DNA from: a virus
Lineage: Duplodnaviria > Caudoviricetes
Strand: one strand, 5' to 3'
Virus record (IMG/VR): IMGVR_UViG_3300044678_001332
Span: 1 to 58,461 of that record
Length of the DNA: 58,461 bases
How positions within the stretch are numbered: the first letter of the stretch is position 1; every line of letters begins with the position of its first letter. The notes under the pieces are model-generated. The model was not told the DNA's origin and did not search any database. It worked only from the letters and a program-made list of their open reading frames with translations. The position numbers were made by a program, and so were the translations under genes. Positions 6,952-16,989 of the stretch are shown here, in pieces.

Positions 6952-7245
6952 ATGATTATGTATGAACCACACCCTAAAGGTATTTTAATTGAGTACAAAG
7001 AATTAGAGAAAACATCTACTGGGGTATACTTACCCAATGGTACACAGTCTTCTGATGTAGAAGAGTATAATGGTGATGTTATTATTGCTGTAGGTAAAGA
7101 TGTTGAACTTTACCAACCTGGAGATAAAGTAATGTTTTTCCCACATTCAATGCCTACTAGTTTTGAAGGTAAGACTCACGATGGAGGTAAACAAAAGTAT
7201 CAGTTATTCAGAGAAGCAGATGTTGCTTGTAAAGTAATGTTATGA
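6952..7245 (+). CDS. groES: GroES/Cpn10-like co-chaperonin
   Basis: P..KGILIE...EKTSTGVYLP...GDVIIAVG.DV...PGDKVMF...YQLFREADV. Confidence 0.75.
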   Translation: MIMYEPHPKGILIEYKELEKTSTGVYLPNGTQSSDVEEYNGDVIIAVGKDVELYQPGDKVMFFPHSMPTSFEGKTHDGGKQKYQLFREADVACKVML

Positions 7246-7448
7246 ATATTACATTAGAAGGTAATTTACAAGAAAGTATGAATCAAAATACTATTAAGCA
7301 ACAGTTAAATATTTATCTTGCTCAAGGTAAGATTAATTTTTATCAACTTCAATCTATTGTTAGAGAGATAGGTCAGGATAAGGTTATGAAAGATTTAACT
7401 CCTCAAGAGAGAGATTTAATAGTTAGTTATATTAATGGTAAACAATGA
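7242..7448 (+). CDS. Hypothetical protein
   Basis: 68-aa ORF with ATGA overlap. Confidence 0.6.
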   Translation: MNITLEGNLQESMNQNTIKQQLNIYLAQGKINFYQLQSIVREIGQDKVMKDLTPQERDLIVSYINGKQ

Positions 7449-7654
7449 TAGTACAACTTAATCCTCCAATTCCTTTTTATGTTCCTGAAATGGACATGGA
7501 AGGATGGGCATTCTTAGTTAATGATTATGGTCCAGAAAGTTATATCTATTTTACATTACTTATGGATAATGGTGAGATATGGACTTATGATAATACTAAG
7601 GTTAGAGGTTGTGTAAATAAAACAATGGGTAGATATGAAAAGAATAGAAGTTAG
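7445..7654 (+). CDS. Hypothetical phage protein
   Basis: 69-aa ORF with ATGA overlap. Confidence 0.65.
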   Translation: MIVQLNPPIPFYVPEMDMEGWAFLVNDYGPESYIYFTLLMDNGEIWTYDNTKVRGCVNKTMGRYEKNRS

Positions 7655-7844
7655 AGCAAGTGATCTTAATGGACTGTATGGTACAGTTAATCACTTGTAT
7701 AAGACAGGAAAACTAACTGAGTATATGGATGCTGATATAGAACATAATGGTAATATAATTAGATTTATACATGATAGAAATATGGGTAGAAATGGATCTT
7801 GGGTAGTTATCACACCTATCAGTGTGGTATATGATGAGGATTAA
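7635..7844 (+). CDS. Hypothetical protein
   Basis: 69-aa ORF in operon. Confidence 0.6.
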   Translation: MKRIEVRASDLNGLYGTVNHLYKTGKLTEYMDADIEHNGNIIRFIHDRNMGRNGSWVVITPISVVYDED

Positions 7845-7870
7845 TTTTGTATTTTTGAAAAAAACAAATT

Positions 7871-8161
7871 ATGTTACCTGATCCTATTTGTGGAACAAAT
7901 ACAATGGTTTTTGTACACAAAGAATTTGATGTTGTTATTCAGAAAATGAATACTTACACTGAATTAGCTAAGAAGTTTATTAAGAAGCATAAAAGATATC
8001 AGTATATAAAACATATAGAAAAGTTACCTGATGGTAAATGGTGTTTAGTGTTTAAGGTATTACCTTCTAATCATGAGTCTATTAAGGAGTACAATAGGAT
8101 TGTTGAAGAGAGTAAAAAGGAGCTTTGGATTAAGCAATTAAATAATGAAGTAACAGGATGA
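7871..8161 (+). CDS. Hypothetical protein
   Basis: 96-aa ORF with TAnnTTTG elements at 7842 and 7850 upstream. Confidence 0.6.
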   Translation: MLPDPICGTNTMVFVHKEFDVVIQKMNTYTELAKKFIKKHKRYQYIKHIEKLPDGKWCLVFKVLPSNHESIKEYNRIVEESKKELWIKQLNNEVTG

Positions 8162-8496
8162 TTATTAAGGTATTGGAACCATTGTATAAGGTTGTTACTA
8201 TTGAGGATGAAGATGGTAACAAGGTTCCTACTGAAGTACCTGGAAAGATTATTTCTAAAAGAATGGAGATTAATGAGATAACAGAGTTTGCTGAAGTTAT
8301 TAATGAGAGGACTAAGAAGCCTTATAAGAAGAGGTGTTTGTTAAGGTCTATGGATCAGTGGATTGTAGTTAATCATTCATTTGAAGAGTTAAGTAAGATG
8401 AAGGATACACCTTCAAGGATAGTTATAAAAGGATTTTATGGTAAGACTACAGGACGAAGTTATCAGGAAGCTAACAGAAATAGCAAAAAGAAATAG
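8158..8496 (+). CDS. Hypothetical protein
   Basis: 112-aa ORF with ATGA overlap. Confidence 0.65.
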   Translation: MIIKVLEPLYKVVTIEDEDGNKVPTEVPGKIISKRMEINEITEFAEVINERTKKPYKKRCLLRSMDQWIVVNHSFEELSKMKDTPSRIVIKGFYGKTTGRSYQEANRNSKKK

Positions 8497-8710
8497 TGTT
8501 TCTTATACAGAGGTTAAAGGTATATACTCTGGATTATTTGAATTCCTAGTTTCAGAATTTTCACAAATAGATGATAGTGATCCTAATACATGGAATAAGA
8601 ATGTTATTATCAAAAATTTTGGTAAATTTGTAATAAATAAAAGTAAATTAAAAAAATATGACAACATTAAAAGAAAAATTAATGAACAATCCAATGAACT
8701 CACCAAGTAA
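8438..8710 (+). CDS. HU/IHF-like DNA-binding protein
   Basis: Two N-terminal helices followed by the VIIKNFGKF hallmark (I/L-x-x-FG-x-F). Confidence 0.55.
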   Translation: MVRLQDEVIRKLTEIAKRNSVSYTEVKGIYSGLFEFLVSEFSQIDDSDPNTWNKNVIIKNFGKFVINKSKLKKYDNIKRKINEQSNELTK

Positions 8711-9053
8711 GTTTATTGGTAGATTGTTTGAAGCAAGAGATGTTGCACACATTGAACATCTTAGAGTAAAAGGTCCTGGTGCCTATGCAGCACATACAGC
8801 TTTAAATGGATTTTATGATTCCCTGCTTGATTTAGTTGATGGCTTTGTAGAAAGCTACCAAGGTAAGTATGGTATTGTAAACTTTGAAGTTAAGTCTGTT
8901 AAGCCTTTGGATTTTATGGAATACATTGAAGAGTTTGCTAAGTATGTAGAAGCATCAAGAGAAGTGTTTAAGGAGGATTACCTTAAGAATCAGATTGATG
9001 AGCTTTCTAGCCTTACTTATTCTACTATCTATAAGTTGAAGTTTCTTAAGTAA
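8658..9053 (+). CDS. Ferritin/Dps-like four-helix protein (DUF5856-like); true start possibly 8682 or 8694
   Basis: AHIEHL...AAHTALNGFYD...VDGFVESYQGKYG...LKNQIDE...TIYKL. Confidence 0.65.
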   Translation: MTTLKEKLMNNPMNSPSKFIGRLFEARDVAHIEHLRVKGPGAYAAHTALNGFYDSLLDLVDGFVESYQGKYGIVNFEVKSVKPLDFMEYIEEFAKYVEASREVFKEDYLKNQIDELSSLTYSTIYKLKFLK

Positions 9054-9574
9054 TGAAGGTATTTGACTTAAAAGATAATGAGGTAGTTATCTCACCTGAG
9101 ATACTCACAATAGAAATATTTGCTGAGATCTGGAAAGAAGATAAGTCTAAAACAAAAATTAATGCATATACAGATTTTAAGTTTATCTATCATCTATGTG
9201 ATTTTAACTCTCCTTATAACAATTACTCAGAAGAAAAAAGAACAGAAGCCATCAAGGAAGAGGTACTGGGAAAAAAGGATTATGAACCATCAGATAAGGT
9301 CAAACAAGCTTGTGAAATATACAAAAAATTAAAGCAGGGTCCATTAGATGTTCTGCTTAATAGTGTTAAGAACAAGATATTTGAATTTTCTAAGTATTTA
9401 AATGAGAATGAGGTAGATGCTGAAAGTACAACTGCAAGTTTGAAGATTATTGATTCTATAAGTAAGGTTGTATCACAGTATAAGAGTTTAGAATCTGCAG
9501 TTAAAGCTGAGAAACAAGATACTGCTGTTAAGATTAGAGGTGATAAACAAGTTAATAGTGAATTTAACGAGTAA
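9053..9574 (+). CDS. Helical protein upstream of terminase (candidate small terminase subunit)
   Basis: 173 aa, translationally coupled to terL. Assignment is positional only. Confidence 0.4.
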   Translation: MKVFDLKDNEVVISPEILTIEIFAEIWKEDKSKTKINAYTDFKFIYHLCDFNSPYNNYSEEKRTEAIKEEVLGKKDYEPSDKVKQACEIYKKLKQGPLDVLLNSVKNKIFEFSKYLNENEVDAESTTASLKIIDSISKVVSQYKSLESAVKAEKQDTAVKIRGDKQVNSEFNE

Positions 9575-11616
9575 TGTTAACTAATACAAAAGCATTTTTA
9601 GAAGCAAGACTTATCTATGAAAATACAGGTAGTTATATAAAAGCATTACCTGGTACTTTTCAGTACAATGAGTTTTGGAAAGAAGAGAAAAGAAAGTGTA
9701 TAGAAGGTGTTACCATTGGTAATATTACTATACCTGGTACTTATTACTTCTATTTGAACTATACAAGAATGCTTTTAAAAGATGAAAAGACAGGTAGAAA
9801 GACTGAAGGTTTTCCTAAGTTTACAGATGTAGATTTAGAATTCTTTTCATTGATAGAGAAAGCAAGGCAAGAGAAGAAGGGGTTTATAATGGTTAAGCCA
9901 CGAAGAACTGGTTTCTCTTATAAGAATGCTGCATTAGTTACACATGAGTATAATTTCTATAAGGATGCTAAATGTATTATATCAGCTTATGAAAATAAGT
10001 ATTCTGATAATACTATGGCAATGACTCTCAATAACTTAAACTTTCTAGACCAAGCTACAGTATGGTATAAGCCTAGAAATCCTAATACACAAGATTTTGT
10101 TAAAGCAAGACACCTTAAAAAGATGGAAGATGGTAGAGATGTATGGATGGGTTATCAGTCTGAGATTAAGAAGATTACATTTAAAGATAATCCATTTGCA
10201 TCTGCTGGTTTATCAAGCTCTATATTTTTGTTTGAGGAAGCTGGTATCTTTAGTAATATTATAGAGTCTTATAATATCTCTGAACCTTGTTGGAAAGATG
10301 GTGATGATGTTATTGGTTTACCTATTATTTATGGTACAGGTGGTGACATGGGTGGAGGAACAGCAGCTTTCTCTGAAATGTACTATGATCCTGACAGGTT
10401 TAACTTACTTGCCTTTCCTAATGATTGGGAAGCAGATAAAGGTAATCAAAGATGTGGGTGGTTTTTACCTTCTACAAGACAAAGGTTTGGTGTTTATACA
10501 GATAAAGAAACTAAGGTTACTGAAAAGCTTGTAGATGATGATGGTAATTCCAATGAGAATGCTGCAATGAAGTCTATTATTGCTTACAGAGAAACTAAAA
10601 AAGGTAATCCATCAGCATATAGGGATGCAGTTACACAGTATCCATTAACACCATCAGAAGCATTCTTGGTAACATCAGGAAATATGTTTCCTACTATGTT
10701 ACTTAATGAAAGATTAGCTGATATTAAAGCTAATTCTCAGAAATACATAGAAAGTAACTGGATTGGTAGCTTTGTAATGTCAGAAGAAGGTGAATTAAGG
10801 TTTCAAAGTTTTGATAATGCACAGCCATTAAGGGATTATCCTATTAAAAGAAGACCTGATGACAATATTGTAGGTTGTGTAGAGATTTATGAACAGCCTC
10901 AAAAAGACAATGATGGTAAAGTATTTACTAGAAGGTATATTGTTGGTATTGACCCCTATGATGATGACCATGCAACTACAGATTCTGTAGGATGTGCTTT
11001 TGTATTTGACAGATTTACAAGAAGAATTGTAGCTGAGTACACAGGAAGACCACAATTAGCTAAGGATTTCTATGAAAATTGTAGAAAATTAATTATTTAC
11101 TATAATGCTATGGGATTTCCAGAGATTAACAAGTTAGGATTTGTTACATATATGGAGCATAAAAAGGCTTTGTATATGTTATCTGAAACTCCTACACAAC
11201 TTAGAGATAAAATTGAGTGGAAACCTAATTTAAATACTTCTTATGGTTACAAGGCTACTGAAAGAACAAATACTTGGGGTAGAGAGTTGATTAGGGAGTG
11301 GTTATTAGAACCAATGGAAGCTAATTCTGAGGTGTTAAATGTTAATAGATTGAGATCTACAGGTTTAATTCAGGAATTAATTAAGTGGAATAAGGATGGA
11401 AACTTTGATAGGGTATCAGCTATGATTGCCGTATTGATTTTAGATGTAACTTTGAACAAGGAAATTATCAAAGCTGATGCTAAAAAAGCTAAGAGTTTCT
11501 TGGAGTCTGGTTTCTTCAAAGAAAAAGGATTTCTAAAAGACAGTTATGACCCTTTAGAAGAGTTTAACAGCTATAAAGATAATGGACTGTTTTTCAACAA
11601 CATGTTTGGGAAATAA
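9574..11616 (+). CDS. terL: Terminase large subunit
   Basis: Walker A-like KPRRTGFS, Walker B FLFEEAG, motif III YGTGG, nuclease GIDPY...D and GNFDRVSA. Confidence 0.93.
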   Translation: MLTNTKAFLEARLIYENTGSYIKALPGTFQYNEFWKEEKRKCIEGVTIGNITIPGTYYFYLNYTRMLLKDEKTGRKTEGFPKFTDVDLEFFSLIEKARQEKKGFIMVKPRRTGFSYKNAALVTHEYNFYKDAKCIISAYENKYSDNTMAMTLNNLNFLDQATVWYKPRNPNTQDFVKARHLKKMEDGRDVWMGYQSEIKKITFKDNPFASAGLSSSIFLFEEAGIFSNIIESYNISEPCWKDGDDVIGLPIIYGTGGDMGGGTAAFSEMYYDPDRFNLLAFPNDWEADKGNQRCGWFLPSTRQRFGVYTDKETKVTEKLVDDDGNSNENAAMKSIIAYRETKKGNPSAYRDAVTQYPLTPSEAFLVTSGNMFPTMLLNERLADIKANSQKYIESNWIGSFVMSEEGELRFQSFDNAQPLRDYPIKRRPDDNIVGCVEIYEQPQKDNDGKVFTRRYIVGIDPYDDDHATTDSVGCAFVFDRFTRRIVAEYTGRPQLAKDFYENCRKLIIYYNAMGFPEINKLGFVTYMEHKKALYMLSETPTQLRDKIEWKPNLNTSYGYKATERTNTWGRELIREWLLEPMEANSEVLNVNRLRSTGLIQELIKWNKDGNFDRVSAMIAVLILDVTLNKEIIKADAKKAKSFLESGFFKEKGFLKDSYDPLEEFNSYKDNGLFFNNMFGK

Positions 11617-11631
11617 TTAAATTTGTAAAAA

Positions 11632-14145
11632 ATGAATAATTTAGTAATACAAGTACCACAACAAGCACTATCAGATTCACAAAAGAATCTAGAATGGGCT
11701 AAAAAGTGTATAGATGCAGGAGAAAACGTACTAATGTTTGACTCATCTGTAGTAAGACAAACCTTTTATAATAAGAAGGTTAACTATAGATTGAGAAACA
11801 ACATGTTGACTGACAAAGATATTCAAGCTATATGTGAACCATATGGTATTGAGTTTTCTTCATTCCCTAAAAACATTCAACATATAGGTTTAGGTAATTC
11901 AAAAATAAATACCCTAGTTGGTGAAGAAGCTAAAAGATTAACTAGATATCCTTTTAAGGCTTTTATATCTTCATCTGACCAAATGGGAATTTCTTCTAAG
12001 GAAGAAGCAATTAGAGATCAATGGTACCAAAAATTGGTATCAATAGCACAGCAAAAACTACAAGCTGCATTTCAAGGTCAAGAAGTTGATCCTCAAGTAA
12101 TGGAGGAAGAAATGCAAAAAGAGCTTAGTAAGTTTGATAAATATTTAAAGTATAACTATCAAGATCTTAAGGAGATAACAGCTAATAAAATACTTAAGTA
12201 TGAATATAAAAAGTTAAAAGTGTCTGATGTATTCTTAAGATGTTGGGAAGACTTTTTAGTTTCAGGTGAGGAAGTTGTATGTATTGAAGAGCTTGGAAAT
12301 GATATTGTATTTAGAAAAGTAAATCCTTTATATTTATTTACTATTCAATCACCTGAGACTTATAAAATTGAAGATGCAGATTGGATTGTAGAATATACAA
12401 TGATGTCTGTAGGACAAGTAATAGATTATTTCCATGAATATCTTACTAAAGATGAAACTAGTAATCTAGAGCAAAGTAAAGAGTATAATGCAATGAGAAC
12501 TGGTGGTATTCAAATGGCTTACAACAGAGATATTACTGTTGAAGAAAGATTTGGATATACAGCAGGTGAGTTGTTTGTACCTAATCAGATTGCTACACAT
12601 TACTTTGGTGGTGCTTATGACCAAAGAGGTAATGTTAGGGTTATGAGAGTTTGTTGGAGATCTAGAAGAAAGATTGGTAAAGTAAGTTATTATGATGAGT
12701 ATGGTAGTCCAGAAGAAAAGATTGTAGATGAATACTACAAGATTGACAAAGATGCTGGTGAAACAGTAAAGTGGTTATGGGTTAATGAATGGTGGGAAGG
12801 TACTAAGATTGCCAATGATATTTATGTAAAGATTAGACCTATTCCTTATCAATCAAGGAGTATGAGTAATCTATCAGAAAGTAAACCACCTTATGTAGGA
12901 ATATTGTGTAATACAAATAACTCAAGGGTAATGTCATTCATGGATGTTATGAAACCTATGGATTACTTGTATGATATATTCTTTCATAGATTAAACCTAG
13001 CTATTTCTAAATATAAAGGACCAATGTTGGCAATTAATACCAGCATGATTCCTTCAGAGTGGGATCCCCTCAAATGGTTGCAGTATGCAGAAGCTACTAA
13101 TGTAATGTTTATGGATCCTACTAATGAGGTACTTAAAGGGCCTCTTCAAGGTAAGTCAGCAGGTACATATAATCAGTTAGCTGCAACAGGTATTAATCTT
13201 GAGATGGGTAACTATATTAATCAGCATGTTCAACTACTATCATTTGTTAAACAACAGCTTGATTTAATTTCAGGAGTTAATGAATACAGACAAGGTGATG
13301 TTAAGGGTGATGCTAATGTAGGTACATCTAATATGGGATGGACAGCATCTAACTCTATGACTGAAAAGTATTTCTCATTACATAATTCATTTAAGAGAGA
13401 TTGTATGCAAAGATTAATGGAAGTTGCTAAGTATGTATGGAAGAAAAATCCACATAAAGTACAAGCTGTTCTTGATGATATGGGTGCTGAAGTAGTTAGT
13501 TATTATGATGAATTTGCAGAATCAGAATATGATATTCATATAGATGATGGTCCAAATACTCAAGAGTTAATGCAAGCACTTAACCAACTTGCACATGCAG
13601 GTATGCAGACAGGTCAGATTAAGTTTAGAGATCTTATTGAAATTTACAAGAAAGATAGTATATCAGGTCTTGCTAGATACTTGGAAGAAGCTCAAGATAA
13701 GATTACTGAAGAACAACAACAAATGCAGCAGATGCAGCAAGAGCATGAAAAGCAACTTGCAGAACAACAAGCTCAACTTCAACAAGCTGCTATGCAATTG
13801 GAATATGAAAAACTTAATAGAGAAGATGTTAACAGACAATTGGATAGGGAAAATAAAATCCAACTTGAAACAATCAGGGCTATGTCTTATACACAAGATC
13901 AAGACATTAATCAAAACGAAATACCAGACATACTTGAACAAAGCAAGCTTGCATTGGAACAACAAAAAGCAGCGTATCAACAGATTCAAAAAGAGAAGGA
14001 GTTACAGGTAAAATCTGAAATTGAAAGACAGAAAAATGAAATGAAGAGACAAGAACTTGAAAGTAAAAAACAGATTGAAAAAATGAAAGCTGATACTGCT
14101 TTGAAAATTGCTAAAGAAAATAAGAATAAATACGATAAAAAATAA
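11632..14145 (+). CDS. Portal protein (crAss-like)
   Basis: 837 aa directly after terL, with W.NEWWEGTKI and LISGVNEYRQG motifs and a coiled-coil C-terminus. Confidence 0.85.
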   Translation: MNNLVIQVPQQALSDSQKNLEWAKKCIDAGENVLMFDSSVVRQTFYNKKVNYRLRNNMLTDKDIQAICEPYGIEFSSFPKNIQHIGLGNSKINTLVGEEAKRLTRYPFKAFISSSDQMGISSKEEAIRDQWYQKLVSIAQQKLQAAFQGQEVDPQVMEEEMQKELSKFDKYLKYNYQDLKEITANKILKYEYKKLKVSDVFLRCWEDFLVSGEEVVCIEELGNDIVFRKVNPLYLFTIQSPETYKIEDADWIVEYTMMSVGQVIDYFHEYLTKDETSNLEQSKEYNAMRTGGIQMAYNRDITVEERFGYTAGELFVPNQIATHYFGGAYDQRGNVRVMRVCWRSRRKIGKVSYYDEYGSPEEKIVDEYYKIDKDAGETVKWLWVNEWWEGTKIANDIYVKIRPIPYQSRSMSNLSESKPPYVGILCNTNNSRVMSFMDVMKPMDYLYDIFFHRLNLAISKYKGPMLAINTSMIPSEWDPLKWLQYAEATNVMFMDPTNEVLKGPLQGKSAGTYNQLAATGINLEMGNYINQHVQLLSFVKQQLDLISGVNEYRQGDVKGDANVGTSNMGWTASNSMTEKYFSLHNSFKRDCMQRLMEVAKYVWKKNPHKVQAVLDDMGAEVVSYYDEFAESEYDIHIDDGPNTQELMQALNQLAHAGMQTGQIKFRDLIEIYKKDSISGLARYLEEAQDKITEEQQQMQQMQQEHEKQLAEQQAQLQQAAMQLEYEKLNREDVNRQLDRENKIQLETIRAMSYTQDQDINQNEIPDILEQSKLALEQQKAAYQQIQKEKELQVKSEIERQKNEMKRQELESKKQIEKMKADTALKIAKENKNKYDKK

Positions 14146-14211
14146 GCTATATAGAAATGATAGCTTATTTGCCTAATAAACAATTATTAATAATAATTTT
14201 GTAAGACAAAT

Positions 14212-15402
14212 ATGAAAACAAGTAAATTTTACAGTCCAGATTTTGGAGAACCAGATGGAGATGGCCTTGAAACCATTGACAATTCTTCAGATAAAAACTT
14301 GGTGAAAGAGACAATTGAAACTAATGATTTTGATTTTGATTCAGAACTATCAAATTTAATCAATGATTCAGAAGATGATGAAACTGAAAGTAGTCCAGAA
14401 AAGGCAGCAAAAGATTTTGTTCCTCCTACTACTAAAACATCAGATTCTACTTCTTCTGAAGAAGAGCCTTTATATAAGGTATTAGCAGAACAGCTAAAAT
14501 CTGAAGGTTTGTTTGATGATGAAGATTTTGAAGAAGATGATGATTTTAAATTTGATGGTACACCTGAAGCTTTTAAATCTCTAATGGAAAGAAGAGATTT
14601 TAAAAGAGGTGTAAAAATCTTTGAAGACATTGTTAGTGAAATGCCAAACAAGATGCGTAAGCAGTTTGAACTGTTTATGAATGGTCTTGATGAAGACTCA
14701 TCTTTAGAAATTGGTAGTAAAGCTATTGATTATGCTTCAGTAACCAGAGATGAATTAGAGTCTAATACTCAAAAAGCTGAACAACTTTACAGAGAGCTTC
14801 TAAGAACTAAAGGTTTTTCTCAAGAAAAAATTAACAAATATGTTGAGAGAGCCAAAGATTTAGATGAACTTGCTGAAGAAGGTTTTGAAGCTGCACAGCT
14901 TTTAAACCAAGAAGTTCAGAAGCAAATTGAATATAAAAAACAAGAGGAACAATATGTTGCTCAACAAAGACAGCAAGAAGCTCATAAAAGACTTCAAGCT
15001 CTAAAGTATACAATTAATCAGACTCCTGAAATTTTTAAAGGAGTTCCTCTTACTGATAAAATGAGAGAGCAATTGTACAAGTCTATGACTGAAACAGTAG
15101 CTTATGATGAAAACAAACAACCTTTAAATAAAGTAGCTGCTTTGTCAAGAAGAAACCCGGAAGCATTTAGAATGCAACTACACTACTTGACAGAACTAGG
15201 TCTATTTAATACTGATGAAAAAGGAAACCTTAAACCTGACTTGACTAAAATTATGCGTCTAGCAGAAACTAAAGTTTCTAGATCAATTGACGATAGATTA
15301 AAGAAAGCTGCCTTTAAATCAGGTTCTAACCTAAGTAACAACCTTAATGATAAAGAGGTTGATGTATTAACAAATCTTGAGAATTTCCTTAAAAATAAAT
15401 AA
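14212..15402 (+). CDS. Acidic scaffold-like head assembly protein
   Basis: Highly acidic N-terminus and helical C-terminus, between portal and MCP as in crAss-like capsid modules. Confidence 0.6.
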   Translation: MKTSKFYSPDFGEPDGDGLETIDNSSDKNLVKETIETNDFDFDSELSNLINDSEDDETESSPEKAAKDFVPPTTKTSDSTSSEEEPLYKVLAEQLKSEGLFDDEDFEEDDDFKFDGTPEAFKSLMERRDFKRGVKIFEDIVSEMPNKMRKQFELFMNGLDEDSSLEIGSKAIDYASVTRDELESNTQKAEQLYRELLRTKGFSQEKINKYVERAKDLDELAEEGFEAAQLLNQEVQKQIEYKKQEEQYVAQQRQQEAHKRLQALKYTINQTPEIFKGVPLTDKMREQLYKSMTETVAYDENKQPLNKVAALSRRNPEAFRMQLHYLTELGLFNTDEKGNLKPDLTKIMRLAETKVSRSIDDRLKKAAFKSGSNLSNNLNDKEVDVLTNLENFLKNK

Positions 15403-15410
15403 ATAAAACC

Positions 15411-16922
15411 ATGCAATTATTTCAACTACAAAAATACGCAGCCAAAGACTACAATGGTCTTGTGACTGCAAATAACTTGGGTGCTCTCTATATGAAGCGT
15501 CCTCAGCTTGTAACTAACACCATTCATCAAATCTTCAGAACTAACTTGAAGAATGCGATGTTTGATTTCCTTAATCAGTTCCCTACTGTAGAAGTTGAAG
15601 AAAATAACTTCTATGAGTGGATGCTCCAAGGTCAACATGATAAAAATATTCCTTTAATTTCCGTATCAGATTCTTCAGGTTCTCCCGAAACTGCTACTGA
15701 ATATGGTGCTGGTATAGCTTCTTTCTTCCTAACATTTGGTGAAGAATACTTTGAGCCAGATAACATTCTTAAAGGTAATAAAGCAGAATACTTACTCCGT
15801 GTTCTTTCTGTAAAGCCAAAAGGAACTAACTTTGAGTACGAAGTAGAACTTCTTACTTCAGATCCTAGTCTTTCTGTGCCTGCTGAAGAACTTGAACCAG
15901 GTTCACGTTGGGCTAAGTTTTTCAACGTAGCTCCTTCAACTCTTTCTAACAGAGGTCAGAAGCCTAACTTTACTTCACCATTCAGAATGAGAAACCGCAT
16001 TACTATGCAGCGTTTTGAATATGAAGTTCCAGGTAACATGATTAATGAAGGTAAAAACTATCCTTTGGAATTCACTTTCCCAGGTGTAGATGGTAAGCAA
16101 GAACGTGTTTGGATTAACTACCTTGATATGATTGCTATGTACCAAGCAGAAGTTGCTAACGTAGTTATGCACTTCTATGGTCTACATAACTTCACTGACA
16201 AAGATCTTTTCTTGAACAAAGATGTTTCTGGAAAATATCCTTTGGAATCAGGTGCAGGTTTGTTTGAACAAATTGCTCCTTCTAACATTCACTACTACTC
16301 AACTTTGGATCTTGACTTCTTGACTGAAGTATTCTTAGATCTTTCAATTGGTAGAATTGAAATGGGTAATCGTGTTGTTACTTTGTGTACTGGTGAATAT
16401 GGTATCCGTGATTTCCACAGAGCTGTACTTGCTAAAGGTGGTACTGAACTAATGATCACTACTTCAAGTGGTAATGGTCCTGGACGTTCTAATGATACTA
16501 CTATCTACAAAGAAAATTCTAAAGCTCTTACTGGTATTCCTAAGTCACTTTCTGCTGGTTTTCAGTTCACTAAATACTACTCAATCAATGGTATTACATT
16601 TGAATTAATGTACTGTCCAATGTTTGATGACAAAGTATTGTTCCCTGAAACTCACCCAGAAGGTGGTACTACAGAATCTCGCAGAATGCTTGCTCTTGAC
16701 TTTGGTGGAGAAGCTGGTATTAAGCGTGTATCTGTAAAAGGTCAACCTTCAGTATTCCGTTACATCCCAGGTATGCGTGATCCATTCACTCCTGCAGGTA
16801 AAGGTTCTCCTTCAATGGCAGTATCTAGATCTGATGGATATGAAATTCACAGAATGATGTGGGGTGGTATGATGATTACTGACCCAACTAAAGTTGTAGA
16901 CTTCCGTTATAACTTAGTATAA
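15411..16922 (+). CDS. Major capsid protein (crAss-like)
   Basis: 503 aa with NNLG, YEW.L, SGAGLFEQI, TGEYG..DFH motifs; C-ending codon bias of a highly expressed gene; synteny. Confidence 0.85.
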   Translation: MQLFQLQKYAAKDYNGLVTANNLGALYMKRPQLVTNTIHQIFRTNLKNAMFDFLNQFPTVEVEENNFYEWMLQGQHDKNIPLISVSDSSGSPETATEYGAGIASFFLTFGEEYFEPDNILKGNKAEYLLRVLSVKPKGTNFEYEVELLTSDPSLSVPAEELEPGSRWAKFFNVAPSTLSNRGQKPNFTSPFRMRNRITMQRFEYEVPGNMINEGKNYPLEFTFPGVDGKQERVWINYLDMIAMYQAEVANVVMHFYGLHNFTDKDLFLNKDVSGKYPLESGAGLFEQIAPSNIHYYSTLDLDFLTEVFLDLSIGRIEMGNRVVTLCTGEYGIRDFHRAVLAKGGTELMITTSSGNGPGRSNDTTIYKENSKALTGIPKSLSAGFQFTKYYSINGITFELMYCPMFDDKVLFPETHPEGGTTESRRMLALDFGGEAGIKRVSVKGQPSVFRYIPGMRDPFTPAGKGSPSMAVSRSDGYEIHRMMWGGMMITDPTKVVDFRYNLV

Positions 16923-16935
16923 TAAAACAAATAAA

Positions 16936-16966
16936 GGGGAAGTGAAATATCTTCCCCAATATTTTT
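16936..16966 (+). terminator. Hairpin terminator after MCP
   Basis: GGGGAAG/CTTCCCC stem followed by AATATTTTT. Confidence 0.6.
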
Positions 16967-16989
16967 AACTTTGAAAAAAAATAAGAATT

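Noticed and set aside
9574-11616. Intein or intron in terL
   Set aside because: Length and motif spacing look normal; no splice-junction or homing endonuclease motifs seen.
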